Source: Octopus vulgaris (Eukaryota). Taken from it: a stretch of DNA of 64,000 nt. Every line of letters starts with the position of its first letter. The first letter of the stretch is position 1. Positions 35,420 through 49,904 of the stretch are shown here, one piece after another. The position numbers were made by a program, and so were the translations under genes. Under the pieces are notes generated by a model. The model saw only the letters and a list, made by a program, of their open reading frames with translations. It was not told the origin of the DNA and did not search any database. The DNA lies in the NCBI GenBank assembly GCA_951406725.2, contig OX597829.1:28396001-28460000 (forward strand), given 5' to 3'.

Positions 35420-36165
35420 AGCTACACATAGTTGTAACCAGGGTGCGCCAGGTATTTGTCAGAGAAATGCTGTTCACAGATGATGTAGCATGACAGTGCA
35501 ATCTGAGGAGCAAATGCAGCACCTTGTGGACTAACTCTCAAAGGCCTGTCAGGAATTCAGTCTGAAGAAGACCAAAATACTGGGCCAAGATACCAAGCAC
35601 ACTACCACCATCATCACCATCAACCTGGAGGTAGTCCATGAATTCACCTATCTTAACTCTACCATTGCTGATGACCTCTCCCTGGACACTGAAATCAACA
35701 GGTGAATTTGACAAGCATCCTCCACATTTGCCAGGCTCACAAAGAGAGTCTGGGGAAATAGAAAACTGGATGCAAACACCAATATTGCTGTCTATAAGGT
35801 GTGCATCCTTAATATGATACTTTATGGCAGTGAGATGCAGAGCCTGTACTCTAGACAGGAGCAGCTTCTCAACGTTTTGTTCCTTCATAATTAGAGATGC
35901 ATCTTGGATATCAAATAGACCAACCACATCACCAATACTGATGTCCTCAGCTGCGCCAAGATACCCAGTATACTCACCCTGTTCCAGCAGTGCTATCTGC
36001 ACTGGCTCGGTCTTGTATGTCATGCAGTGGATGAGAAGATCCCAAAATACCACCTGTATGGGGAATTGGCCACCAACTCAAGAGCAAGACAGCAACCTCA
36101 TCTTTGTTTCAAGGATGTTTGCAAGAGAGAAATAAAGTCACTTGGTCTGGATGTCCTGAGTTGTC
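35420..36165 (+). mobile_element. RTE/BovB-type LINE RT fragment
   Basis: LFTDDVA.., FARLTKRVWGNRKL...VYKVCILN..LYGSE, IPKYHLYGEL; multiple stops. Confidence 0.75.
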
Positions 36166-37687
36166 AAGTAGTGGTGGGGACAAACACATACATAAAGACA
36201 CACACACACATATGATGGGTTTCTTTTCAGTTTCTGTCTACCAAATCCACTCACAAGGCCTTGGTCAGCTTGAAGGTAAAGTAGAAGACACTTGTCTAAT
36301 GCGCTACACAGTGGGACTGAACCCAAAACGATGTGACTAGGAAACAAGCTTCTTATCACACAGCTACATTGTTAATCTTTTTCTTCCTCTTTCATAAATT
36401 AAGTTTCATAAGAAATTAAACAAATCATAAAAGTATCTTTGAAAGGTTTGGCAGTGCTAAACCCAACAGACACTGCAAAGAAAGTTTGAGCATTGGAGTT
36501 TCTGACTTACTTTGGTGAGCTGAAGGACCCCCACTTACTCACATACTCTACTTTTGGCATAAACTCTAAGGCTGCTTACCCTTCCTATCAGCAAATATTT
36601 TACAAATAAACAGACTGCATTTTATCATTACATCAGTACTATACAAGTTGTCTTGCTTTCAGCAAGGTTAAAGAGTCTGCTCTCCCTGTGTTGTCTTCCA
36701 TTCATTCACCAACTATTTTACTGAGTGGTAAATGAACAGGGACAATGAACCAAATCAGTACACATCAAGACTATTCTAAACTGTCTCTTGTTTATTATTG
36801 CCCTCCAGGTTATGAAAAAGGAGTTTCGAGCTAGCTATCTGTGGGAATTTCTTGTGGGCTAGTTGAATCTGTCAAAGTGGAAAATCCAAAATCCAACCTA
36901 GAACTGAAAAGCCTCTGTCATCTCAGTAAAGCCCAAACAGAAAAGAATTAGCTAGGTATTCCATAAGATGTACTCATTATAAGCTATGGATTCACAAGAA
37001 GTGTAATCAGGATCAGATCACAGGCAGGCTGATAGAGAAGCTAGTCTTTTTATGTAGCTGGTGTGCAGGAGTGTTTAGTTTTAAGAATACATACGAAATA
37101 AACTCCTTCAAATGCCTAGAAGGTTCACTAGAAGTAGCTGCTAGTTGTCGTTATCTAGGTGTTGTAATTAGCTGAAGAGGTGAATGTACCAAAAATATAA
37201 CAGCCACTGTATGAATGGAATAGATAAGTTCAGAGAATTTTGATTTCTGCAGGTAACAAAGAGTTTTCTCTCAGAGTGAGGAGCAGATTATATGATGCTT
37301 GTGTATGAAGTATAATACTAAGATATGAGCGTTTCATGCAGAGTCTTTGCAAAAGCTAGAAAGAAATGAGGCAAACATTCTCCTCTGGCTGTGTAATATT
37401 AGTATGCAAGAATAATGGATAGCAGTGAGATTGTAAGAAATTTGGAAATATGGACGTTGGTAATGAGTTATAGGAGAAGGAGTGATGAAAGAGAAGCATC
37501 TTGTAGATGTATTGTGTCAAAATTATTTAAGTGCTTATGATTAATGCACATATTGTTTGGGCAAGGATCTGTAAGTATCTGGTGTCTAATTGCAGTGATT
37601 TGACAATATGCTAATAGATTTCTGATATGTCAATAACAGAAGTAAATGTTTTGCAAGTGTATAGGTTCTATGCACAAATTTACTGTG

Positions 37688-38417
37688 CAGAAATCATATT
37701 AAGCCCATCATGTGTGTGTGTGTGTGAGTGAATGTTGATATTTTACTTGTCATTGCTTGAATGAATCAATGCTGATGGTGGTATTTCTCATTGCTCTATG
37801 CCTTAAAAAAACTTTAAAAGAAAAGCAGGCAAGGATTAGCAAAAGGTGGGGTATCCACCAGTAAAGGTATCATTATATTTCACACATAGACATCATACAA
37901 TTTGCCCTTCATTGAGAGAAACAATAATTTTATAGCCTGGAAAAATAATAGCTCCCTGAACTTTTTTTCCATCTTATTCTTATTCTGGCTATTTTAGTTT
38001 CAGAATACCCACAGCCACTGTTAATTAGGTCACATTGGTAACAAAAACTATCAACTACTTCTAGGAAATCTGAGTATTTGAAATAATTTGTTCCATGAGT
38101 GCTCTTCCTGTTAACTATTCCTGAATACTTGTCATTTAGAAAAACTTTCTTCTCTTTTAGCCTGCTTGTTATCTTATGGAATCTCCTTATACTCCTACTG
38201 ATTACATTTGCTATGTTATTCATTTAATGTTTTATCCATGCCAGTACAACTTGGACATGAATTGATTTTCAGGTATGTATTTACTGGTGGATACCCCACC
38301 TTTTGCTAATCCTTGCCTGCTTTTCTTTTAAAGTTTTTTAAGGCATAGAGCAATGAGAAATACCACCATCAGCATTGATTCATTCAAGCAATGACAAGTA
38401 AAATATCAATATTCACT

Positions 38418-38449
<32 letters not shown>

Positions 38450-38472
38450 TGATGGGCTTAATATGATTTCTG
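37688..38472. repeat. Near-perfect ~180 bp inverted duplication with ~410 bp spacer
   Basis: 37688-37866 is the reverse complement of 38280-38472, differing mainly in (CA)n length. Confidence 0.9.
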
Positions 38473-39524
38473 TTTACCAAATCCACTCACAAGGTGTTGG
38501 CTAGCCTGGGACTAAAGTAAAAGGTGTATAGTGCCATGTAGAGGGAACCATAAATCTCACAATAGAAAAGTAATGTTCTTAACCACACAAGCCATATTGT
38601 GCTTAGATATTCTAGTGCAAAATTCTTCTTTTTCTGCATATACAACAAGACCCCCTTCCAAATGGAATTAGAAACCTGTTATTCTTCTCTGCTAACTAAA
38701 ACATTTTTTTTCTGCTGCAAAATTTCCTCCCAGTTTTTCTAATCTTTGCTTTCACATTTGGGATTTCTTCCCTAGTTTTTTGATTGATCACCAATTTAGC
38801 TATGAAAACTATGTCATAGATATACAAGGTAACCAATCCATAGTGATTCAATGTTGATTAAATGTATCCTTCAGGCTTTCAACATTATATGCAGACATTC
38901 TAGAAAACACTTGGAGAGAATGGTAAATGAACTACTGGTGCTAAGTAAACAGGTCATGATAATAATGTTCCATTAATCTCTGGAATTTGCTGTAATGAAT
39001 TGTCTTGGGTAAAGGAAAGAATTTTGTTTCTGAATAAATAACAATTTTTTTTTGTTTCAGAAATAAATAGGACAAGGAATATAGTTTAAATTGAAATAAT
39101 GTAAATAAATAAAATATTTTCAAAGAATTAATTGGATTGTTACTTTTATTATTGACTTAACAAATATAAGCATGGATACACAGAAGCATAAGTGTATGTA
39201 TACACATTTACATAGATATACATATATAATATATACATTTCTTTAGAATACACCATCATCCACATCATTGTTTTAATGTCTAATTTTCCATGAAATTTAT
39301 TGAGGCAGATCTTCTATGGTTGGATGCCCTTCTTGTCTCCAAGTCATTTCCCATGACCACACAAGTTTCCATGGAAGACAGGAAACAAAGGGTACACCTA
39401 CATGAAAGTGATACTTGTTTACAATTATTACATGATGTCAAGAAAGGAGACCATTCATCACACACACACACACACACACATGCATGGAGACACACATAGT
39501 CAAAAATATTTTTGTAACATATTT

Positions 39525-39841
39525 CAACTTCTAAAGTCAAATTCGCTGCAGTTACCATGGAGAAAAAAAATTCTCTCTTATGGTAAAAAGTGTTGACCTG
39601 GAGGTCTAATAGTGCAACTCAGTCAATGTTGTTGACTGTGTTTTAGTTAAAACTAGTTTTAAATCTACCTGGAATTACCTCTCTTCAGTATTTCAACTAG
39701 ATAATGGCCAAAAAGCTAGAAACACTGTGACTAGGAATCCAGCAAGGGACAACTGAGCAAATATGATGTTTTTGCACCTTTTACCATATGAGAGAATTTT
39801 TTCTCCTTGATAACAACATTGAATTTGCCTTTAGAAGTTGA
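39525..39841. repeat. MITE-like element with ~65 bp imperfect terminal inverted repeats
   Basis: tcaacttctaaag..attctctcttatggtaaaaagtg is inverted at 39775-39841. Confidence 0.7.
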
Positions 39842-39900
39842 ACTGTTTTAACTATCCTAAATTTCGATTATGCCTAAGCACTGCTTGGTACTGATATTGC

Positions 39901-39957
<57 letters not shown>

Positions 39958-39974
39958 ATATATATATATATATT

Positions 39975-40201
39975 TCTTTACTACCCACAAGGGGCTAAAC
40001 ACAGAGGGGACAAACAAGGACAAACAGACGGATTAAGTCGATTACATCGACCCCAGTGCGTAACTGGTACTTAATTTATCGACCCCGAAAGGATGAAAGG
40101 CAAAGTCGACCTTGGCGGAATTTGAACCCAGAACGTAACGGCAGACGAAATACGGCTACGCATTTCGCCCGATATGCTAACATTTCTGCCAGCTCGCTGC
40201 C

Positions 40202-40202
<1 letters not shown>
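39975..40202 (-). mobile_element. Young SINE family B between (TA)n tracts
   Basis: CpG-rich, full head to tail. Confidence 0.85.
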
Positions 40203-40241
<39 letters not shown>

Positions 40242-40880
40242 GTAGACCCAGGAAAACCTGGGACGAGGTGGTGAAGCACGACCTACCAGTGCCGGTGGCA
40301 CACGAGAAAACCACCCAAACGTGGCCGTAGCCAGTACCGCATCGACTGGCCTCCGTGCTGTGGGCACAACAAACACCATCCGATCGTGGCCGTTCGCCAG
40401 CCTCATCTGGCACCTGTGTCGGTGGCACATAAAGACACCATCCGAAGACCCGGCGACGTAGTCAGTCCACCTGTGCATACCTTCCCTCTTATGACACTTG
40501 TGAAGACCTGTTGAGGCAAGTGTGTGACACTTGTGAAGACCTGTTGAGGCAGAGGCAAGTGTTTGACACTTGTGGAGACCTGTTGAGGCAAGTGTGTGAC
40601 CCTTGTGAAGACCTGTTGAGGCAAGTGAAAATCAAATCAAACCAAATCAAAATAGATGAACATCAATGGAATTTGTATCTTTGTGGTTCCAGTACCGGTG
40701 GCCTTGGGACGTAGTCAGTCCACCTGTGCATACCTTCCTTCCTTCTTGTGACACTTGTGAAGACCTGTTGAGGCAAGTGAAAATCAAAATAAATGATGAT
40801 GATGATGATGATGATATATATATATATATGTATGTGTGTGTATATATATATACATATATATATATGTGTATGTATGTATA

Positions 40881-41265
40881 GTGGAGGCGCAATGGCCCAG
40901 TGGTTAGGGCAGCGGACTCGCGGTCGTAGGATCGCGGTTTTGATTCCCAGACCGGGCGTTGTGAGTGTTTATTGAGCAAAAATACCTAAAGCTCCACAAG
41001 GCTCCGGCAGGGATGGTGGTGATCCCTGCTGTACTCTTTCACCACAACTTTCTCTCACTCTTACTTCCTGTTTCTGTTGTACCTGTATTTCAAAGGGCCG
41101 GCCTTGTCACTCTCTGAGTCATGCTGAATATCCCCGAGAACTACGTTAAGGGTTCATGTGTCTGTGGAGTGCTCAGCCACTTACACATTAATTTCACGAG
41201 CAGGCTGTTCCGTTGATCGGATCAACCGGAACCCTCGTTGTCGTAACCGACGGAGTGCTTCCATC
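40881..41265 (+). mobile_element. Full-length tRNA-derived SINE family D
   Basis: tRNA-like head with A/B boxes; CpG-rich body; ends before (ATGT)n. Confidence 0.85.
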
Positions 41266-41932
41266 CATGTATGTATGTATGTATGTATGTATGTATGTAT
41301 ATGGCAAGTTTCTTTCAATTTCTCTCCACCAAATATCTCACAAGGCTTTGGTCAGTACAGAACTATGGTAGAAGACACTTGTTGAAGGTGTCACACAATG
41401 GAACTGAACCCAAAATCATGTGTCTCAGAAGCAAACTTTTCATACAGCTATGACTACACCTGTTTATATTTATACACCCCCCACACACACACACACATAC
41501 ATACATAGATATATAATTATCTAATAAACTTCCAATGAGGCAGAAAAACTCAGGTACACATATATTTGGTAAGAGAATGGGTATATTATTATTAATATTT
41601 ATATAATATAATAGTCTTATGACAGCCAATTAATGTTGTTACCAAATAGTTTCATTCTAGAAATGCTAGAAATGGATGGACAAATTTAGCAATAATCTCT
41701 AATGTCTGATGATTACTAAATTTGCTTCTCATTTGGTGACAACTTTGATCAGCTGTCATTAGCCAATAATATTATATAAATAATAATAATAATAATAATG
41801 ATGATGATGATGATGATGATGATTATAATAATGATAATAATAATAATGATGATAATAATAATAATAATAATGATGATGATAATAATAATAATAATATTAA
41901 TAATAATAATAATAGTGATAATAATAACAACA

Positions 41933-42306
41933 ACAAGAGCACTCAGAGAGTGTAATCCTCCACCAAGGCTATACCAACGTACTCTCAACGAATAGCTAGA
42001 AATGATTTTTAAAATGAGAATATCTGAAATAAATCTGACTACTCTCACAACTGAGAATACTAAAAATGAACCTAACCGCTCTCAAAAATTAAGTAAAAAA
42101 ACAGGAAAAATAATCCAGAATCCTTGTCTGGTACTAGTTTGACCCCAACATCTAACCAGTTTGTGCCAGTCATGAGGCCAAGCATCCCTGAAAGTTTCAT
42201 CAAAATCCATCTAGCAGTTCTTGAGATATCATGTCCACAGATAAACAAGGAAACAAACAAACACGACTGTAAAACAATACCACCAACTTTTCTAAGGCAG
42301 AGGTAA
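41933..42306 (-). mobile_element. Helentron-associated (HINE/DINE-like) element in an (AAT)n array
   Basis: Minus strand starts ttacctctgcc, has subterminal IR ggtggagg, 3' hairpin (a)cactctctgagtg and internal gtttgttt and ttgatgaaactt. Confidence 0.6.
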
Positions 42307-42352
42307 TAATAATAAGAATAAGAATAATAACAACAACAGCAACAACAATAAC

Positions 42353-42383
<31 letters not shown>

Positions 42384-42499
42384 TTAGTAAGAATGATGAT
42401 GATGATGATGATGATAATAATGATAATAAAAACAACAGCAGTAGCAACAACAATAACAACAACAACAACAACAACAACAACAATAATAATGATAATAAA

Positions 42500-43545
42500 C
42501 AAAAAGGGAAAACTATCCTAATTCCCAAATCCACTGAAACGGCAAACCCACAAAACGACAGACCAATAATCTATCTCACTACAATTTACAAAGCCTTTAC
42601 TGCAATAATATTGCAGAGATTGAGCAAACATCTGGAAGAAAACAACCTGTTTCCAGAAGAGCAGAAGGGATGCTGCAAGGGCTCATACGGCTGTAAAGAC
42701 CAACTAATGATCAATAAAGCCATAACTGAAGAGAGCCACAGAAAGCAGAAAGGCCTCAGTATTGCCTGGATCAGCTACCAAAAGGCTTTTGATAGTATTT
42801 CCCACACGTGAATCCTCGAAACACTAGCCATGAACAAGGTAGCACCAATAATCATAAAATACATGAGACACTCTCTGAATAAATGGCAGACAGTACTACA
42901 GCTCCAAACAAAAGAGGAACTCATGAAAACCAAAGCCATCCCCATTAGAAGAGGAATATTCAGGGAGACACACTCTCTCCACTCCTTTTCTGCTTGACAC
43001 TGACACCTTTATCTGACATGCTAAACAGAACTGGATGCAGATACAAATGATACAGCAAAACAATCAGCCACCTCTTATATATGGATGACCTAAAACTATA
43101 AGCTACAAATGATAAACACTACAGACAGTATATGGATTTACCAAAGAAATAGATATGAAATTTGGATTAGAAAAATGCACCAAAGCAACTTTGAAAAGAG
43201 GAAAACTAGTTAAGAGTAGCAATATCACACTAGATAAAGCCAATGAAATAAGAGAATTAGACCAAAGTCAGACATACAAATATTAAGGAATCAATGAACT
43301 AGATATGATACAACACACATAGATGAAAGAGAAAATAAAGAAAGAATACTATAGATGACTTAGATCAATACTGAAAACAGAGCTCAATGCTAAAAACAAG
43401 ATAATAGGTATTAACACTTTAGCCGTCCCAGATATAAGTTACAGCTACAATATCTTTAACAGGACACTAAATGAACTAACCAAAATAGACAGGAAAACAA
43501 GAAAAATGACAGGATCTAGGATGCACCACCCAAAATCTGACATAT
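42500..43545 (+). mobile_element. R4/Dong-clade LINE RT fragment (pseudogenised)
   Basis: EEQKGCCKGSYGCKDQL..KAFDSISH..RGIFQGDTLSPLLF..ISHLLYMDDLKL..MKFGLEKC with stops and frameshifts; abuts (AAT/AAC)n. Confidence 0.85.
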
Positions 43546-43829
43546 CTACAGAATGCTCTCCCTTATTATAGACTTTTACATTCAGTTTCTTCTTTGTGTG
43601 TGTGTGTGTGTGTGTGTATGTGTCTATGATTTAAAAAATTCCAACATCATGCCCCATCATCAATACCACCGCTGCCGCCGCCGCCATCGCCACCACCACC
43701 AACAACAACAGCAACAACAACAAATTTTGTATATAAAGTTCAATAAAATAGAATATCTGCAGGAATATAAATTATACATAAATCAACTTTCAGAAAGTTT
43801 TTAATTACTATGTAAATTTTACTTATTAG

Positions 43830-43871
<42 letters not shown>

Positions 43872-44030
43872 CATATCCTTTAAGTTTGTTTACGGAAAAC
43901 GTTTTTGAGTATGCATGTAAAAGATCGTATTTTATTATATCAGCTATGGCCTAATTATTCCTAGTTATTCCAACTTGCAACAGCAGTTTTATGGGATCTT
44001 ACCAAGCTGTGCTGATATAATGTAAAGTAA

Positions 44031-44076
<46 letters not shown>

Positions 44077-44276
44077 CCATGGATAGAATTCATGAATATT
44101 TTAATGTATCACAATGCATGTTTCCCCAAATCCCGTTAGTCGACATTCCGGGATGATTACAATTCGATCTGTAATATCTATGGACATCAGGTGGGCCTTT
44201 GTTTGTGCATTCATTTCTCCAAGTGGTATGGCATTAAAGTTGGAAGTAACCATACACACACATACACACACACATA

Positions 44277-44340
<64 letters not shown>

Positions 44341-44610
44341 GTTAAAAAATATACAAAAAGTAAAGGCAGATGAAGGAACTGCAAACAGCATATTAGTTTG
44401 AAGCTCAAGGAAAATAGAAGTCTTTGATGATAAGGTAAACAGCCTAGGGAGAAGAACCCTGAGGAAACTGCACTGCACATGATATTAAGTTTTATATCAA
44501 ACAGTGTGTAGTCGCTGCTGTTGAAACATGTGTAGGTCCGTAAAACAAGCTATAAATAACTGTTAAATAAAATTATAGGTGTGTGTGTATGTATATATTA
44601 TATGTATATA

Positions 44611-44659
<49 letters not shown>

Positions 44660-44909
44660 GTATGTGTGTGTATATGTTTGTGTGTCTCTGTTTGTCCCCC
44701 CAACATCGCATGACAACCAATGCTGGTGTGTTTACATCCCCGTAACTTAGCAGTTTGGCATAAGGGACCGATAGAATAAGTACTCGGCTTATAAAAAATA
44801 AGTCCTGGGTTGGATTTGCTCAACTAAAAGTGGTGCTCCAGCATGGCCACAGTCAAATGATTGAAACAAGTAAAAGAATAAAAGAATATATATATGTACA
44901 TATATATGC

Positions 44910-44971
<62 letters not shown>

Positions 44972-45679
44972 ATGCATGACCCGTCCTTGTTTTCCTTGTA
45001 TCGTCTGTCTGAATATTTTGTGTTCTTGTCCCATTCTTGTATTTTTTATATATAAAATATAGCGGCGCATGTCTCTTATATGTAAGTATATATATATATC
45101 TAAATTTTGTATGACTATTATTTTTTGTATTCTTTCATTCTTTCCTTCTTTCTATCAGCCCTTTCACACTTCGTTCATTCCACTCTTCGTTCTTTCGTTA
45201 CCCCTCTCTCACATTTCCTGGCCTACGCTTCATGCTCATATTCCCTCCTCTATCATTTCAGTGTCTCTTTCATTTTTCTCTCACCTCTCCTTAATTCTTC
45301 TATCCCTCTGCCTCTACCTCTCTATCTCTCTTCTCTCCCCACGTGACCAATGTTCAGTCAGGCTCGACCTTTCTTTCTTGGTTTGACTACCATCCATGCA
45401 ACAAGTATATTCCTCCTTGTACCCGTTAAATCTCTGACCTTTTTCTTTCCTTTAAAAATCGGCACGAACTTTCTGGACAACCCAATATAACAAATGCTTA
45501 AAAATCTTTTCCATTTTTTTTCAAGTAATTGTAAAATCACATTTCATATTTTAGCTTATTTTTAATGTACATTTATCTCAATTTGTCTCATTTACTAAAA
45601 TTGTATATGTTGGGTCAACTTGGTTCTCATTGCTGCTCTAAATTTTTATCTCTTTGCTTAGTCAAAATTAGTATGTTTT

Positions 45680-46790
45680 AATAATAATATAATAATGAAA
45701 TTATTGTATACAGTGCTCAGGTGCACCACAACTTATCAGAGTATATGCAGTAATGTACAAATGTCTGGAAAGCGAACAGTGCATGAGTCAGATACATGCT
45801 TGTGTGTGTATGGAGGGGGGGAGAAAATCAGGTGTAGTGTTGGCGAATCTCAGAAAGCATGGAAGTTTTGAAGGATGCAGTGCTCTGACAACTAACAACT
45901 GACGCCGGCAGTTTGTTCCATGCTTCAGCAACTCTCAGCGTGAAAAAATGTTTCCTGAAGTCATGGGAGCTGTGCTGTTTTCTTACTTTGTAAATATGTC
46001 CACGGGTGTTAGATGGGTGGAGTTTGAAAAGGTGCTCAGAGTTATTATTTGTACGATGGTTGATAATTTTATGGATGTCTGCCAAGTCAGCTGCCAGACG
46101 TCGGAGTTTCAATGTGTCCATGCCCAGGGAAGTAAGGCATTCAGGATATGGCAAATGCCTGATGGAGGGTATTCTTTTGGTTGCACGTCGCTGAATGGCT
46201 TCCAGACGATTGATATCCTGGGCAAGATAGGGGTTCCAGACTGGTGATGCAAATTCCAGGTGAGGTCTTACCATAGCTATATAAAGCCGCAGATAGATAG
46301 TCGGAGAGTGGTTCACAAAGGATTTGGTGAGTGATGCCAAGACACCCTCAGCCTTCTTGACAACGCAAATCACTGTCGACAATAACACCCAGGTCACGTT
46401 CACATGAAGACTTTTTGAGACTAGTGTTGTGGAGGGAGTAGGTGGACGCTGGGTTTCTCCTCCCAAAATGCATGGTGGTACATTTGTCCATAGCCAGCTT
46501 GAGTTGCCTGTCCATGATCCACTGCTGCATTGTGTCCATGTCTGCTTGCAATAGAGATCTATAGTGTACAGGATCTGACCTCTTTATTTCGAGGTACAGC
46601 TTGATGTCATCTGCATATTTCAGCACTGTGACATTCTTTAAGTTCGCATCTATGTCATTAACATATGCAACAAATAAAAGGGGGCCAAGAACCGATCTCT
46701 GTGGTACACCAGATGTCATCTCATAGGGCGAAGAGAGCTGTCCTAGAACTGTGACCTCTTTTCGGCCGAAAATAAAGGACTTTTGTAGTG
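45680..46790 (-). mobile_element. CR1-group LINE, 5'-truncated, RT C-half to 3' end
   Basis: SGVPQRSVLGPLLF..YADDIKLY..ERDLGV; VRPHLEFASPVWNP..IQRRATK..WNKLP. Confidence 0.9.
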
Positions 46791-47469
46791 AAGTTCTTCA
46801 TTAATAATTTTTTTTATGCAGTTAGGTAATTCTTAAAGACTTTTATTAAACCAAAAGTATATTGCTTTTATTCCATATTATGCTGTATATTTGTATGCAG
46901 GTTAACAACATTAAATGAAACTGTTAGGATTAGCTTTCAGTTTAGATACACTATTGAGTATAGATTGGAAATAATCTTGTTATAGACACACTAGGTAACA
47001 ACTGAGGTAACACTGTATTATATTATTAATCTAAATATGTTATAAACACAATAGATACCAAGGAAAGTAAAGTTATATATTTTAAATATTCAAAGAGAGG
47101 TGGAGAAATACATTTTCACAAATGAAGATATTTAAATGAAAAATAAGTGTTGTAATTAATTATTGATTTAAACTTGGTTTATATTTTTTAATAAATATTG
47201 TTTTTTGTTGTTCTGTTGTGTTTTCCACACAATGAGATTAGTTCAAAATTTAACTGCCATGTTCCAACACACTATCGTAAATGTTTACTCCAAGCGGAAA
47301 TCTTGTAGTGTTTGGTTGGATTTTTTGTTGGTGAAGCATCATCCAGTTTCTAGTCCAACAGTCAAAATATATGGAAGATCAAATTATGGAATTTGAATTA
47401 GAATAACCAAAGGTTTAAAAAAATTTTATAAACAAAGATTATTTTTACATATTTTTTATTCTATGATTC

Positions 47470-47866
47470 TATGATTCTTTTATTTGTTTCAGTCATTTGA
47501 CTGGCCATGCTGGAGTACTGCCTTGTAGGATTTTAGTCAAAGCAATTGACCCCAGGACTCATTTTTAAAGTCTAGCACTTATTATATTGGGATCTTTTAC
47601 TGAACCACTAAGTTATAGGGATGTAAACATACCATCACCAGTTATTAAGCAGTGATGGGGAGACAGACATACTCATAAAGGCACACATACATACATACAT
47701 ATATATATACAATGAGCTTCTTTCAGTTTCTACCAAATCCACTCACAAGTCTTTGGTCAGCCTGAGTAGTATAGTAGTAGACACTTGCCCAACTTGCCCA
47801 AGGTGCCACACAGTGGGACTGAACTCTGGTTGGGAAGTGAGCTTTTTACCACACAGCCACACCTCC
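47470..47866 (-). mobile_element. SINE family A (older copy)
   Basis: Reverse complement of the family A consensus. Confidence 0.75.
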
Positions 47867-49904
47867 GTCTTGAAGAAAACTTAATTTATGCCATAAAATG
47901 CTATGAATATGGTGCAAATTATGTTGACCAAACACATTTCTCTTAGAAAACTGATGTCAATTCATTTACAATAAATATACAATCTAAACTTGAGAAAAAT
48001 TCCACTCATTGAAAATTTAGGTTGATGTGCAGGAACTTAACAGCCGATTCTTAAAGTATTCTCCTTGTGCTAACATACATAAAATACAACAGAACAAAAG
48101 AATTAACAAAGAAATATTTTTATTATAAAAGATAAAGGAAGTTTAAATCTGTGAATAATTGTGACACTTTATTTTACATATCAACATTTGTGTAAAAATA
48201 TGTGCTCAGCTCTCTTTGAATATATGAAAGAGCTTTTGCTTCATGGGTTATTGTATACCTTAACTGTTGGTTAACAGACAGTTTTCACTATGAATTGAAA
48301 CCAGTATGTTATAATATAGTTTAGAATAAGTAATTTTGGAATAATTACAATACAAAAACAATTGTGAATTTTCTTTTCTTTATGATTTTTCTATACAAAT
48401 ATACAATCCTTACACTCTCGGAGTGGTTGGCATTAAGAAGGGCCATAGAAAACTATGCCAAATCAGACTGGAGTCTGGGGCAGCCTTCCAGCTTACCAGC
48501 CCTGGTCAAACCATTCAACCTATGTCAGCATGAACAACGGATGTTAAATGATGATGATGATGATGATATACCCAAAATTGTGTGTTTATATGTGTGTATG
48601 CATATATATGTGCGCATGTGTGTGTGTGTGTAAACACACACACACATATATGCCAAAAATGTTTGACAAAATCCAAAATTAACAACTTACACCTTAATTT
48701 TTATTAATGTATGTAAAATAGATTTAACCAAATTAATTTAATGATCCACCTCATAGATTGCAAATTCAGAAGAGGAATGGCTGTACTCTCTGAAATGCCA
48801 TGCCTGAAATTTAGTATGAAATTCTAGTTGAACTAGTTTATTTCACTTATGTCTCATGGCTGGGTTCTCACCATTCTACTGAACAAGAGAATATATTTTT
48901 TCCCCTCTTGTCCAGTGACTTAAATGATATTTTGTGCCTGTAATATAGAACAATGATAAACACTTAGCTGAGTTTGTAATACCAATTCAGGTCTTGGCTG
49001 GGTCATTTCACAATTTATCTCTCTTCCTCTTCTCCTCCCCCACCTAACTTGATTCTGGGGCAAGGGTCACTGCTCATAACTTTCACAAGTGTTCCAAAAC
49101 TGTGGCAAAATCTAACTACTCTGTACTTGATAGCTTGCAGGGTGGTGATTTTCTTCCTACAAGTTGAGTCAACTTGAATTGTGCACAGTACATGACATGA
49201 AACCATAATAATTGCTGGAAGAGAGATTGTGCCAATAGTTATGGATAATTTAAAACATTAATATGTGAATAATAGTTTAAAAATAGCTGACTACATCAGG
49301 GTTCTCAGAGTGAAGAGAGAGAGAGAAAGAGAGATGCAGTTGATGGATTGCATTAGTCAATCTATAGAGGTCAGCCTTTATTCACACACAGCTTTATTCA
49401 CATATAGCCTTGACCACATAAGGTGTCATACTGAAGCCACCTGAAAAATCATGTTAAGGAAACAAATGTCAGTGGAATAGTTGGCTCCATACATGTAAAT
49501 TCAATGAGTTGAGGAAACTGTATCAAAGGTTGCCAGATGGGCTGTAATGTTAATTCAAAGAGCCATCCTCATCACACACTTTGCTGCGTTGAATTTCAGC
49601 TGGAGAATTGTATTAAGGGTACATGTGCCTGAAGAGTGCTCAACCACTTATGATGAATAAATTCATTGAACAGGATGTCACTCAAAGTACTGGTATTTTT
49701 TTCTCATCAAATCCAATGCCAACGCCAAAGCCCTTCAATCTTGGCTAAAGTGGATAATCATTCTAAGAAATAAGCAAACAAATAAATAAACATTTAACCA
49801 TTCACACTTTTCTCAGAATTCACACCATAAACACACAAACACACACGTACACACACAGTCTCACACGCACATATGTTCACTCTTGCACATTACTCACAGA
49901 ATCT

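Noticed and set aside
35538-36053. 171 aa minus-strand ORF
   Set aside because: Antisense shadow of the plus-strand RTE RT fragment.
40490-40625. Short direct repeats (tgacacttgtgaagacctgttgaggcaag), superficially CRISPR-like; also 11003-11235 and 63841-63965
   Set aside because: Tandem units without unique spacers, located in LINE 3' UTRs of a eukaryotic locus; no cas genes.
40881-40955. tRNA gene-like sequence (also 24163 and 22898)
   Set aside because: These are SINE heads that run into SINE bodies, are multi-copy and have no proper acceptor stem or terminator.
41749-42534. Poly-I/L/M ORFs resembling membrane proteins
   Set aside because: (AAT)/(GAT)/(AAC) trinucleotide arrays flanking a Helentron-like element.
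44101-44255. Minus-strand open stretch VTSNFNAIPLGEMNAQTKAHL..
   Set aside because: No splice acceptor (abuts (TG)n) and no recognisable homology.
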